Of a stretch of DNA of 64,000 nt, positions 9,539 to 19,462 are shown one piece after another. The translations under genes were made by a program, and so were the position numbers. The stretch is from the IMG/VR virus record IMGVR_UViG_3300023119_000004; one strand, given 5' to 3'. Numbering within the stretch: the stretch's first letter is position 1; the number at the start of each line of letters is the position of its first letter. Source of the stretch: a virus. Its lineage: Duplodnaviria > Caudoviricetes. The notes below the pieces were generated by a model. It saw only the letters and a program-made list of their open reading frames with translations, made no database searches and had not been told where the DNA came from.

Positions 9539-10345
9539 TTAATAATACACTACGTATACTGCGCCGCCTGCTCCAGGGGATCCACAACAACAGCCACCGC
9601 CATAAACTTGTCCATTTTCGCCACCGCCGCCTGGCCATGCGCCAAAGCCTTGACATTCACCACCTCTTGCACAACAACCGTTTGGACCAATTAATGGACC
9701 TGATTGTGCCATAGGTGCTACTGGTCTAAATGATAAACCTCTATCACCACAATGCTGTGATCTTTGTGCTGATCCTGTAAAGCCAGCAATACCAAAGTCA
9801 ACGTTGTTTGGTTGGTGTTGACAGTTATAACAACTCATACAACATCCATAACAACTAAAGTAACCATGACAGTGAGTACAGTTAGAACAACCGCCTCCAC
9901 AAGCAACAGCACAGAAACATGAACCACCTGTTGGTGTTCCAAATACGAAACTGTTGTGTCCGTTCATGTTATTTCCTGCGTATAAACAACAACCCGAACG
10001 TCCTGCACAGATTGTAAACTGATCTCCACCTGATACGTTAGTTGACTTAATAGCGTAACCGCCACCATCGCCTGGCATACCTTGCATACAGCAACATCCG
10101 CCTACGCCCGAAGCACCGCCGCCCCACATTTCAAATACTGCAAAAGTAGTACCTTGTGGAACTGTCCAACGGCAACACTTACCACCGTTGTTGTTACAAT
10201 AATATCTTGATTCTGGTGGAACACCGTGTGATTGTCTTGGCCACGCTTCATTGTGGTCCCAATTCCATTCATAACTTACTGTAAATGCTTGAGGTGATTT
10301 TACGCCTACGCTGTATCCTGGTAAAAAATCTCTTAAATTAGACAT
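9539..10345 (-). CDS. Cys/Gly-rich adhesin-like tail-fibre tip protein (paralog C)
   Basis: 268 aa, 27 Cys by hand count; FEMWGGGASG..GCCC and PGAGGAVYVVY glycine-rich-domain motifs. Confidence 0.7.
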   Translation of the reverse strand: MSNLRDFLPGYSVGVKSPQAFTVSYEWNWDHNEAWPRQSHGVPPESRYYCNNNGGKCCRWTVPQGTTFAVFEMWGGGASGVGGCCCMQGMPGDGGGYAIKSTNVSGGDQFTICAGRSGCCLYAGNNMNGHNSFVFGTPTGGSCFCAVACGGGCSNCTHCHGYFSCYGCCMSCYNCQHQPNNVDFGIAGFTGSAQRSQHCGDRGLSFRPVAPMAQSGPLIGPNGCCARGGECQGFGAWPGGGGENGQVYGGGCCCGSPGAGGAVYVVYY

Positions 10346-10354
10346 ACTATCTCC

Positions 10355-11125
10355 TTACCCTATATCCGATTGATAATACACAATTACTAGTCCACCTGCG
10401 CCAGGGCCACCACAGTAACAAGTTCCGTTGTGTGTATGGAGTGTTCCTCCGCCACCGCCTGGAAATTCTGCTGGTCCGTCTGCTTCTCTACCATGTGTTT
10501 TATAACAGTTATCACGTGTCATTCTAGCACCTGCTGATAACATTGGTCCTGCTGTCATGTTTTCCCATGATGAACTTGAACACATCGCTGTACCAGCACC
10601 ACCACCGTTTGTACCACAAACACTAAAGTCAGCACCTTTTACACATCCACACATTCTGTTTGGACATCCACAGTGACCGCCCCAAGCAGTACCAAAGCCA
10701 CAAGTTGCACAACCGTAGCCACCGCCTGATGCACATAAGCAAAAATATGCTCCTGAACAACAACCGTTACCAGAACAAGCATAACTACCACATCCTGGAC
10801 AACCCATAACAGGTCTACAACAACCTGCCGCGCCAGCACATAAAGTAAATGTTGCTCCGTTATTAACTTCTAAAATTTTTCTACCGTAAGAGCCTGATCC
10901 ACCTGGAAAGCCTGCCATACAACAACAGCCACCGCCGCCGTCTCCGCCTGCACCCCAAACTTCAAAAGCCGCCCATGTAACATCATCTGATGGATTCCAA
11001 GCACAACAACAACCACCGTTATTGTTACGAGTGGAATCAAAACTAGAGTGATATACGTAAATCGAACGTAATGCTAACGCTCCTGTTTCAGCCCCTAACT
11101 GTAATAATGATCTAAGTGCAGACAT
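10355..11125 (-). CDS. Cys/Gly-rich adhesin-like tail-fibre tip protein (paralog B)
   Basis: 256 aa, 27 Cys by hand count; NNGGCCC.W, FEVWGAGG...CCCM and PGAGGLVIVYY. Confidence 0.7.
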   Translation of the reverse strand: MSALRSLLQLGAETGALALRSIYVYHSSFDSTRNNNGGCCCAWNPSDDVTWAAFEVWGAGGDGGGGCCCMAGFPGGSGSYGRKILEVNNGATFTLCAGAAGCCRPVMGCPGCGSYACSGNGCCSGAYFCLCASGGGYGCATCGFGTAWGGHCGCPNRMCGCVKGADFSVCGTNGGGAGTAMCSSSSWENMTAGPMLSAGARMTRDNCYKTHGREADGPAEFPGGGGGTLHTHNGTCYCGGPGAGGLVIVYYQSDIG

Positions 11126-11137
11126 TCAATTTTCTCC

Positions 11138-11830
11138 TTAACCTATTCCCACGCCATCATCTGCTGGTGCATCTGCGTATCCACCTGCATCTGGTTCTTC
11201 TGGAAATTTAACTTGGTGTGCTGGATATTCTGAATCAGTTCCATGACCCCAAGTAGTTGGTAAATCTCTTAATTTTTGTCTAAAATCAATCCAAGGTTGT
11301 TTCACTGATGCTGGCATATCTTCTGCCACTCTGTGATCAGTTGAATCAAGTCTGTCGTTTCTTAGTTGGATCAAAGTTTCCCATGTTTGCCATGGTTGCT
11401 TCCAAGTAAGTGTCCAATCGCCTGTTCCTTCATCATGTGAACATAGGTTATATTCATATGCGTGATCTGGGTATGGTGGCCACGGAAACTCGTAATTACC
11501 ATATCCTTCTGGAAGTGCTACAACTTGATTAGTTTGTGTTAAAGTTACTGTGTGTGGCAAATAAATTGCACACATTAAAGTATCTTCACCTGCACAATCT
11601 AATTCTACTAAACGTTCGCCTTCTGCAACCGTGTCTGTACTTGGATTGTAAATAAAATCTTCATCCGGTGGAGTTTGATCTAGTGTGTTTCTACCAGTTT
11701 CTGCGTCAACAAACACATACAGTCTTTCTGGACCTGTATAAGTTGCTGTCGCTGTGTCCCCGTTACTATTTGTTTGAGCAAGATACGTGTCGGGGATATC
11801 GTACGTAAATTCTTTAGTTATTTCTGCCAT
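11138..11830 (-). CDS. Tail fibre assembly chaperone-like protein (short form)
   Basis: WETLIQLRNDRL..TD....DMP...WIDFRQKLRDLP signature. Confidence 0.8.
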   Translation of the reverse strand: MAEITKEFTYDIPDTYLAQTNSNGDTATATYTGPERLYVFVDAETGRNTLDQTPPDEDFIYNPSTDTVAEGERLVELDCAGEDTLMCAIYLPHTVTLTQTNQVVALPEGYGNYEFPWPPYPDHAYEYNLCSHDEGTGDWTLTWKQPWQTWETLIQLRNDRLDSTDHRVAEDMPASVKQPWIDFRQKLRDLPTTWGHGTDSEYPAHQVKFPEEPDAGGYADAPADDGVGIG

Positions 11831-11859
11831 TTTTGCATCCTTCTTTTGTATTTATCATG

Positions 11860-12600
11860 TTAACTATAAGTTACCTTAACCATGCCTCCTGATCCCCAAT
11901 GACCCCAACAACAGCCACCACCGCATGATGTTCCATTGTATCCGCCATGTGCTGGATAAGGTTGAGCACATCCCCATCCGCAACCTGAACACGTCATAGG
12001 CTTACCGCAATAATCTTTACCCTTACGTGTCTGTCCAGATTTTGGAGCGCCACCTACCATATCCCACATTTGATTGTGACAATAGTGAGTATGGAATGTT
12101 GATTGTCTGCCGTGTCCAATACGGAAATCACCTTGTGTTCCGCTTGTTAAAATAACACAGCCATAACAACAGTTGTATGCGTAGTGAGCATGACAGTTAG
12201 TTCTACCTGTACATCCTCCTCTGGCACAAGTTGTTGAAATACCACTGCCTGATACAAATGAAGTTGATCCATCATATCCTAAACAATCTCTTTCACAACA
12301 GTTACCATTACCTGCCGCACAAATTGTATATTGACAGCCTTCTGTAGTGTTTACTGTTCTAATTGAATAAGAACCACCGCCAGCGTTTTGAGAACTCCAC
12401 ATACAGCAACAAGCGCCAGCACCAGCGGCCCCTGCACCCCATAATTCAAATGTAACGTTAACTACGCCTTCAGGTACAGTCCACAAACAACAGCATCCGC
12501 CGTTGTTGATACCTCTATTGTTATTGTATACATAGAAGAACTTTGAAGGAACCGAAACTCCTTCTACCGTATCTCCTAGTAACGTTCTCAAGTCTGCCAT
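11860..12600 (-). CDS. Cys/Gly-rich adhesin-like tail-fibre tip protein (paralog A)
   Basis: 246 aa, 25 Cys by hand count; NNGGCCCLWTVP, FELWGAG...CCCM and GSGGMVKVTY. Confidence 0.7.
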   Translation of the reverse strand: MADLRTLLGDTVEGVSVPSKFFYVYNNNRGINNGGCCCLWTVPEGVVNVTFELWGAGAAGAGACCCMWSSQNAGGGSYSIRTVNTTEGCQYTICAAGNGNCCERDCLGYDGSTSFVSGSGISTTCARGGCTGRTNCHAHYAYNCCYGCVILTSGTQGDFRIGHGRQSTFHTHYCHNQMWDMVGGAPKSGQTRKGKDYCGKPMTCSGCGWGCAQPYPAHGGYNGTSCGGGCCWGHWGSGGMVKVTYS

Positions 12601-12615
12601 AATTAAATTCCTCTC

Positions 12616-12948
12616 TTACGTACCAGACATTACCCAACCAAAAGTTGGTCCAGTGTAAATCAGTGTTAAAGCGACGTTGTTAATATCTAAGACCAAATCT
12701 TCGTTTAGGTTCTGAATCTTTGAACCATTTCTGCTAACAGTTACGTTGTTTGTGTTAAACGAACCTGTAACATCAATGATTGAGATAACGTCATTTACAA
12801 TTAAACTAGCGTTTGCTGGTAAAGTAATAGTAAATGCACCTCCGGATGAATCGGCTAAGATTCTATCATTAACTGTCGCGGTAAATGTGCCATTAACATT
12901 ACGAATAACGCTACTAGCAGTACCAGTTGTTGATATATATCTTCCCAT
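12616..12948 (-). CDS. Small tail-fibre module protein resembling the T4 gp34 N-terminal repeat
   Basis: ADSSGGAFTITLP...D.ISIID..GSF.TNNVTV.RNGSKI...EDLVLD pattern. Confidence 0.6.
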   Translation of the reverse strand: MGRYISTTGTASSVIRNVNGTFTATVNDRILADSSGGAFTITLPANASLIVNDVISIIDVTGSFNTNNVTVSRNGSKIQNLNEDLVLDINNVALTLIYTGPTFGWVMSGT

Positions 12949-12983
12949 TTTATGTTTCCTTTATTACTATATTTATCGTTTCG

Positions 12984-13304
12984 TTACGCTGTTGATGTTT
13001 CAATACCCATTGCAACCGCACTAACGTTTGCGGCACTACTATATACTACAAGTATTTGCCCTGCCGCCATTGCAATACCTGATCTTTCTAGCACACCTTT
13101 TGGTAGTACCTCTACATCGTATTCGATGTATTCACTAAGTGCGGGTGTACCAGCAGAGGCTAACGCAACTCTTACGGAAATAGCACTATTTCCTCTATTA
13201 CATATCGATAACGTAACAATTCCAAATGTGTTAGCAGGTACCGTATATAAAGAAGTATTCGTGCCAGCCGATAAATCTGCGTGTCCTAATCTTCCTGTGG
13301 CCAT
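12984..13304 (-). CDS. Small virion structural protein (paralog of 25182..25511 and 29172..29504)
   Basis: Shared (Y/L)TVP...(C/A)N...E..(I/V)....G..(I/V)VV pattern; good RBS. Confidence 0.65.
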   Translation of the reverse strand: MATGRLGHADLSAGTNTSLYTVPANTFGIVTLSICNRGNSAISVRVALASAGTPALSEYIEYDVEVLPKGVLERSGIAMAAGQILVVYSSAANVSAVAMGIETSTA

Positions 13305-13321
13305 TTATTCTTCTCCTTTGT

Positions 13322-16300
13322 TTAACTCAATATAAACTGTTGCATTGCTACAGGAGAGCCACTAACTCCACCTGTAAAGTGCATTTGTGCAGTTGTATTT
13401 ATTAATACGCCTGTAGTTGTGGTAATTGTATTACCTTGGATATTAATAACACCTGCTGTCACAGTATTTACGTTCAATTCTGATGCGCCGCCACCAATTT
13501 GGGACGTAATATATGTCTTAATTGCTTTCTGCGTTGGCACAATCGAATCACTGTTTGCAGTAAATGTTCCGTCTGTACTAAATTCGTTAATTGTAGCACC
13601 CGCACCACCTAAAGCAACACTTCCTAATTGTAGTTCTTGTAGTCCAGAAATACTAAATGCATCAGCATTTAGGGTAGCAATACCTGTAGCCTGTTCAACT
13701 GTGAACAACTCACCAACTCTAAAGTTACCATCTTGGTCAGTTGATGTATAGAATACTCTACCACCACCGCCTTCGACTTGTTCATCATCTGGATCTGCTG
13801 GAACACTTGGAGTACCTGGATAGTTTGTTGTTGCAAAACCACCAGTACCTACATCTAGGAAATCGTGACCAGTCAATCTACATTGTGAATATCTAATACG
13901 CATTGATACAATATCACCGTGCTCTGGAGCCTCGTCTTTGGTCATTTCTGGTGAAATTTGTAGTAATGCTGAGTATGGTGATTGACCAGTTAAGTTAGTT
14001 ACACTAACAAGTTTAAACCATTTGTTTGGAATACTGTCAAACTCGACGTTTGCACCTGCTTGTGGAATAGAGTCCATACCCTCAACTTGGATATATTGCC
14101 CGTCTTGTTTTGCTTCTCTGTAACCTGCACCATATGTAATAGTACCAAATGCTAAGTAAGTTGAACCATTAGTTAAAACTGCTGGGAATAATAACTTACT
14201 ATCTTTGTAAAGTGCTAGTGTATTTGCGTCAACAACTTCTACATAGTAATCGTTACCATTAAGTTGTGTTGTACCTGTTACAGTTGCAATTGAAACTTTA
14301 GTTCTATCTAACAGTCCATGAGTTGCAACAGTAATTTTAACTGCACTTGTACCGCCGTTATTTGGAATAGTGTCAAGTCCATTTGTAATACACTCGTTAA
14401 CAATATCAATTAAGTCGCCTGCTTTAGTTACAGCCGCCGCTTCGCCATTGTTAGCATTTGTTGTTTGTGTTGTAACACTTGGACTTTGTAAACTTGTGTA
14501 AGAAGTGTTTGTTAAGATATAATTTATAACAATATCTCTCATCTGCTCATATGCCGCAAGTGCTTGTGATTGTCTTCCTGGTAATTGTGAGTTATTACCA
14601 ACCCAATAAGTTCTTGCGTGTAATCTGGTTTCTTTTGTACCACCAAATTTAATGTCATGTGCTAGTGCATCAACATAGTCGTCAACATTATCTTCCCACT
14701 TAGTTTTATCATAGTTGAAAGCCGCCCATAAACTTGGATTAGTTTGATTGGTAACTTCATTGTCAACCCATGCAATAACTTCGTCTTTAATAAACTCTTT
14801 GTTATCAATTAATAATGTATAAGCATTTGGATTTTCAGTAAATGAAACTCCTGTAATGTCTTGCTCATATCCTGAGTCAGCAATTGAAACTTGAACTGTT
14901 GTAAATCCTTCACCGCGTGATGCAAATGCTGGTTGACCTAATACACCATCGCCAATGTAAACTTCTAATGGAGCATCTGCTGTGTTGTTAGGATCAGTAA
15001 ATGTAATTGTTGGAGCCGCTACATATCCTGCACCTGGATGAATAATTCTTACTTCAGAAATTTGTCCATCTGTTACTTTTGCTCTACATAGTGCAGTTTG
15101 TGTTGTTGTAGATCCGTCACCTGCCGGAGCACTTACATTAACTCTTGGTTCAACACTATAAACTGTTGTGTTGTCTAGACTTGCTTCAATTGCTCTGCCT
15201 GAAATAATTTGATCCCAACCTGCTGTATCATCTGAATATTTTTTAATTGTAGCAACTTTAGTACCAGCGTTATATGTATCAATGTAACCATACTGTCCTG
15301 CACCTGTACCACCTGTTAAGAAAACAGCCATTCCAACGTATGCTGGACTTAGTGCTGTATCTGTGTTTGAAAGTGTAATCTGTGTAGTGTTACCTTCCTG
15401 CGGTGTGTTTGTAGCAGATCTATAATCTGCTCCACCGAATGTATTTTCGTCACCTGTTAATCTAACTTGGTAAACACCACCAGTATTAATTGTTGGTGTT
15501 AACCCAGTAATACCAAATCCGTCACCACTAAATGCGATTGTTGTGTTTGCTACTACATAGTCTCTACCTGCGTTTGCATATTCGATTGCAATAATTTCTT
15601 GGTTATCTGTAATACTATTTGTTACAACAGCATCAAATGCCCTGTTGTCAACAAATGCTTCAATTGCATTTTCAGTTAAGTCAACACCTTCAGCAACCGT
15701 ACCAAAGTCACCATATGATGAGTTACCGTTTGTAGCACGAATCTTACCGCCGTTTTCTGCTAGGTATCCCATGTGTGCATAGTATGAGAACACGGAAACA
15801 AGTTCTGCTCTACCTAAGTTAGTAACCCATGCACCAATACCTTCGGAAATTACTTGAGTAAAGTCGTTAGCAACGATAGAGTCATTACCGCCGTTGTGTA
15901 AATCACCGTCTACTTTAAGACCTACTGCACTTGTACCAAATGTTGTTACGTTTTGTACGTATGGTGAACGTGTAGTAATCCAAGCAGTTTCATCATCTGG
16001 TCCCCAACTTGGGTTAAGTGAAGTGTAAGCACCTGCTGTTGGACGTTTTGTTCCATAACTGTTTGCAGAACCTAGTGTACCTGATAGTCCTTTTAGTGTA
16101 CAGTTTCTTAATCCTGTACCGTTTTCTAAATAGAACATATCTTCTGTTGTCGAACCGTTAACAGCATTTGAGAACCAACGGCCATTTAGTACTGATCTGT
16201 AGTTACCGTATTCTTCCATATCCCAAAGGACAGCAAGAATATACTGTTTCATGTCTCTTTTACATTTTGCATCATCAGTAAGATCGTAATCGCCTGTATT

Positions 16301-19300
16301 ATTTGCTTTAATGTATTCTACTGCTTCGTCAACAATAAAGTCTAAGTTAAGTAAAAGTCTACCACGTGCATCTGTGTGGCCGTCATCTTGTCTGCGACCA
16401 ACTTGTCCGCTTACAACTACATCGCTACCATTACCATTGACTTCAAAATCAATCTTGTCAATAATATTTTGAATTAGATTTTGTGCTGTAGTTACCGCCG
16501 CGGCATCACCTGCTGGCTCGTATGTATTTTGTGTATTTGTATTACCTGGTGCAATAGACGCAACATCCATTGTAAAGTTAGGGGCACCGCCGCCACCTAG
16601 ATCTGAATCTTGAATTGTAATAATATCATTTACAAGATGTCCTGAACCACCAGTAACAACATCAACATTAGTTACAGATCCATTTCCGTCAACTGTAATG
16701 TTAAATGTACCAACTGTACCAGTACCACTTGTTGATCCGCTTACACCGTTGTACGTACCTGCAGATCTCAAAGCGTCTGCCGCTCCAAAACTGTCAACAG
16801 TTAAGTGTGCACCTGCTGGTGTTTTAGTAACACTATTGTTATTAATGATGTCTGAAATAATTGCTTTAATTCTTCCTAGTGCAGTAATTGTTAATTCTGC
16901 ATCAGTTACACTTGTGTATCCTGAACCCGCCGCAGTAATTTCTGTTGAACGTAGTTCGTCACCAACAATAGCAACATCTGCTGGAACCGGAATAGGTAGC
17001 ATTTCGTTGTATTGACCAGTTTTAACAAACAATGTAACATTTGGTTTGTTTGCTGTTGGTAGGTTAGTTAGGTTACCGTCAGTGATTGTAACTGTAACAA
17101 TACTTGCTAGTGATGTAATATTAGCATGAACATCTGCTTCTGCTTCTAGTGATACATCTTTAAACTGTGTAACCGGTGATGCTACACTATTAAGTGTTGC
17201 ATAGTTTGTAACTGGATCCAATGAAGCAAGAATGTTTTCCATAATTGCAACACCATGATCAATTGCCGCTTTGGTTTCGTCTTCTTGGTTAGCAACATAG
17301 TTTACTGCACCATTAATATACTTGCTTGCCGCTTCTCTTGATCTAATGTTTCCGCCGTGTTTTAAATCCCAAACAATAGCGTCAACTAAAAGACCCATGT
17401 CTCTACGACATTTTGCTTTGTTGTATGTAAATGAACTTGTAAACGGATCTACGTTATTTGTAATATTGTAGTCAACAAATTCAACAATTTGTTCTTGAAT
17501 AAATGCTCTGTTTCTTAAAAGTAGTGAAGCCGCATTTGGGTTACGTGGACCTTGTCTAATTTGATCACACGCCCATCTTACAGAGCCCCACGGCTTGTCA
17601 ACTGTAACACCGTTTGCTGGTGCTTCGTTATCTGTTCCACCTGGACCAACATAATAAATTTGATCTAATTGACCAAAGTATGCCCATTCCGGAGCATTAC
17701 CTGCCGCGTTTACTTTTAATACTTGACCTGCTTTACCAATTGGAAGTCTAGTAGGACCTGAACCACCGTAGTAAACTAAATCACCAATAGTAGTTAAGTT
17801 ACCTGACTCAACACCACCACTTAGTAAATTCCAATAGTCACCGTTTGTATCTTGATCTGGTCTGTTTTGTACAGCAACTTCGTCTGATGTATGTGCTTGT
17901 ACACAAATATAAGTATTATTGTTATTGATTCCTCTAACAGCATCGCCTAAATCATAATAAGTTGCATCTGTCCAAGATTCTTTCCATTCAATACCTTGAT
18001 TTAATCTATCCCAGTAACTTACATCAGGTGGTCTGTTGCCTGTAGAGTTTGCTATACATAGATAAGTGTAACCACCAACTCTAACAACATCACCAACTTT
18101 ATATGCTGTTGCATTGTTATAGTCACCTTGTAAACTAAATCCTGTTGTAAATAAATCCCATGTCCCTGGATTACCAAATGGAACAACGTTAGTGTTATTA
18201 TTGTTTGCAACATATGAATAACCACCGTATGTTACAAAGTCACCAATTTGATATTGTGTTGAAGAATTCCACGAATCTTCAAATTCTAATCCTGGTAAAA
18301 ATTCTTGCCATTGTGTTACGTTACCAATTGTAGCAACATCAAATGTAAGTGCTAAACCAGTTCCGCCAATTTCACTTGCTTGTACTGTAATTGTATCATC
18401 AACTGCATGACCTGAACCACCTTTAACAACAGTTACAGTTGCCGCACCTTGGTCGTCAATTGAAATATTAAATCTTTGTCCTGTACCACTACCTGCTGAA
18501 GTACCTGCAATATCTCTATATGTTCCAGCAGTTCTATCTGTATCTGCCGCACTAATCTCATCAATACTTTCGATAGCCTGTGTTAATGTGATATCGTCAT
18601 TTAAATTAGTAGCACCTGATGTATGTTCGTTTGTACAAATCCAAAGTCCGCCGCCATACTTAACAACGTCATTAACTTTATAACGTGTTGCTGTTGCATG
18701 AACTGAAAGGTATTCAATACCTTTGTGTACATAATCCCATTTAGATTGATCTGCTTCAAGACCTAATGCATCTGTTGTTGCTGAATTGTGTCCTTCATTA
18801 CAAATATAAAGTTGACCACCATACTTAACAACATCGCCTACTTTGTATCGTGTGTCTGCTGACCAGTCTGTTTTCCAGTCCATGCCTCTTGAGAAAATAT
18901 CCCACTTGGATTGGTCTGCTTCTAATCCATCGCTGTCAGTATTGTTTGTTAATGAAGAAGTATGTGCCGCATTACAAATATATAAATTGCCGCCGTACTT
19001 AACAATGTCGTTAACTTTGTAAACTGTTGAAATTGTCCAGTTGTTTTTCCATGCAAATCCTTCAGAAAATAAATCCCATTTTGCTTGATCTGTTTCTAGT
19101 ATACCTGCAATACCTGCACCTTGTGCATCGTCTGCTTCTGAAGTGTGTGCTGTGTTACAAACATATAAGTATCCGCCGTACTTAACTAGGTCATTTTGTT
19201 TGTAATAGTTTCCGGAAGTCCAAGCACCTTGCCACTGAATACCATCAGTAAACAAGTTCCATTTTGTTGATTCGTCTGTAGCAAAGTCTGCAGATGACGT

Positions 19301-19426
19301 ATGTCCATTAGCACAGAAGTAAACTCTACCGCCGTGTCTTACAATGTCGTCTTTAAAGTATACGATGTTAGATGCCCACGCACCTTTCCATACAAATCTA
19401 ATTCTACCTAGTTTAAACTCTGCCAT
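13322..19426 (-). CDS. Giant tail fibre/tailspike-like protein: 8 N-terminal CBM5/12-like repeats, beta-helix-like core
   Basis: 2034 aa; W..W....Y...D.V.YGG..Y.C...HTS repeats; VAIVGDELRST / GLRNCTLKGL / SPYVQNVTT core; C-terminus paralogous to 19463..24784. Confidence 0.8.
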   Translation of the reverse strand: MAEFKLGRIRFVWKGAWASNIVYFKDDIVRHGGRVYFCANGHTSSADFATDESTKWNLFTDGIQWQGAWTSGNYYKQNDLVKYGGYLYVCNTAHTSEADDAQGAGIAGILETDQAKWDLFSEGFAWKNNWTISTVYKVNDIVKYGGNLYICNAAHTSSLTNNTDSDGLEADQSKWDIFSRGMDWKTDWSADTRYKVGDVVKYGGQLYICNEGHNSATTDALGLEADQSKWDYVHKGIEYLSVHATATRYKVNDVVKYGGGLWICTNEHTSGATNLNDDITLTQAIESIDEISAADTDRTAGTYRDIAGTSAGSGTGQRFNISIDDQGAATVTVVKGGSGHAVDDTITVQASEIGGTGLALTFDVATIGNVTQWQEFLPGLEFEDSWNSSTQYQIGDFVTYGGYSYVANNNNTNVVPFGNPGTWDLFTTGFSLQGDYNNATAYKVGDVVRVGGYTYLCIANSTGNRPPDVSYWDRLNQGIEWKESWTDATYYDLGDAVRGINNNNTYICVQAHTSDEVAVQNRPDQDTNGDYWNLLSGGVESGNLTTIGDLVYYGGSGPTRLPIGKAGQVLKVNAAGNAPEWAYFGQLDQIYYVGPGGTDNEAPANGVTVDKPWGSVRWACDQIRQGPRNPNAASLLLRNRAFIQEQIVEFVDYNITNNVDPFTSSFTYNKAKCRRDMGLLVDAIVWDLKHGGNIRSREAASKYINGAVNYVANQEDETKAAIDHGVAIMENILASLDPVTNYATLNSVASPVTQFKDVSLEAEADVHANITSLASIVTVTITDGNLTNLPTANKPNVTLFVKTGQYNEMLPIPVPADVAIVGDELRSTEITAAGSGYTSVTDAELTITALGRIKAIISDIINNNSVTKTPAGAHLTVDSFGAADALRSAGTYNGVSGSTSGTGTVGTFNITVDGNGSVTNVDVVTGGSGHLVNDIITIQDSDLGGGGAPNFTMDVASIAPGNTNTQNTYEPAGDAAAVTTAQNLIQNIIDKIDFEVNGNGSDVVVSGQVGRRQDDGHTDARGRLLLNLDFIVDEAVEYIKANNTGDYDLTDDAKCKRDMKQYILAVLWDMEEYGNYRSVLNGRWFSNAVNGSTTEDMFYLENGTGLRNCTLKGLSGTLGSANSYGTKRPTAGAYTSLNPSWGPDDETAWITTRSPYVQNVTTFGTSAVGLKVDGDLHNGGNDSIVANDFTQVISEGIGAWVTNLGRAELVSVFSYYAHMGYLAENGGKIRATNGNSSYGDFGTVAEGVDLTENAIEAFVDNRAFDAVVTNSITDNQEIIAIEYANAGRDYVVANTTIAFSGDGFGITGLTPTINTGGVYQVRLTGDENTFGGADYRSATNTPQEGNTTQITLSNTDTALSPAYVGMAVFLTGGTGAGQYGYIDTYNAGTKVATIKKYSDDTAGWDQIISGRAIEASLDNTTVYSVEPRVNVSAPAGDGSTTTQTALCRAKVTDGQISEVRIIHPGAGYVAAPTITFTDPNNTADAPLEVYIGDGVLGQPAFASRGEGFTTVQVSIADSGYEQDITGVSFTENPNAYTLLIDNKEFIKDEVIAWVDNEVTNQTNPSLWAAFNYDKTKWEDNVDDYVDALAHDIKFGGTKETRLHARTYWVGNNSQLPGRQSQALAAYEQMRDIVINYILTNTSYTSLQSPSVTTQTTNANNGEAAAVTKAGDLIDIVNECITNGLDTIPNNGGTSAVKITVATHGLLDRTKVSIATVTGTTQLNGNDYYVEVVDANTLALYKDSKLLFPAVLTNGSTYLAFGTITYGAGYREAKQDGQYIQVEGMDSIPQAGANVEFDSIPNKWFKLVSVTNLTGQSPYSALLQISPEMTKDEAPEHGDIVSMRIRYSQCRLTGHDFLDVGTGGFATTNYPGTPSVPADPDDEQVEGGGGRVFYTSTDQDGNFRVGELFTVEQATGIATLNADAFSISGLQELQLGSVALGGAGATINEFSTDGTFTANSDSIVPTQKAIKTYITSQIGGGASELNVNTVTAGVINIQGNTITTTTGVLINTTAQMHFTGGVSGSPVAMQQFILS

Positions 19427-19462
19427 TTTTTCTTCCTAAATGCTTTATTTTAGTATTTATCA

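Noticed and set aside
9539-12600. Diversity-generating retroelement acting on the adhesins
   Set aside because: No reverse transcriptase and no near-identical TR/VR pair with adenine-specific mismatches in this window.
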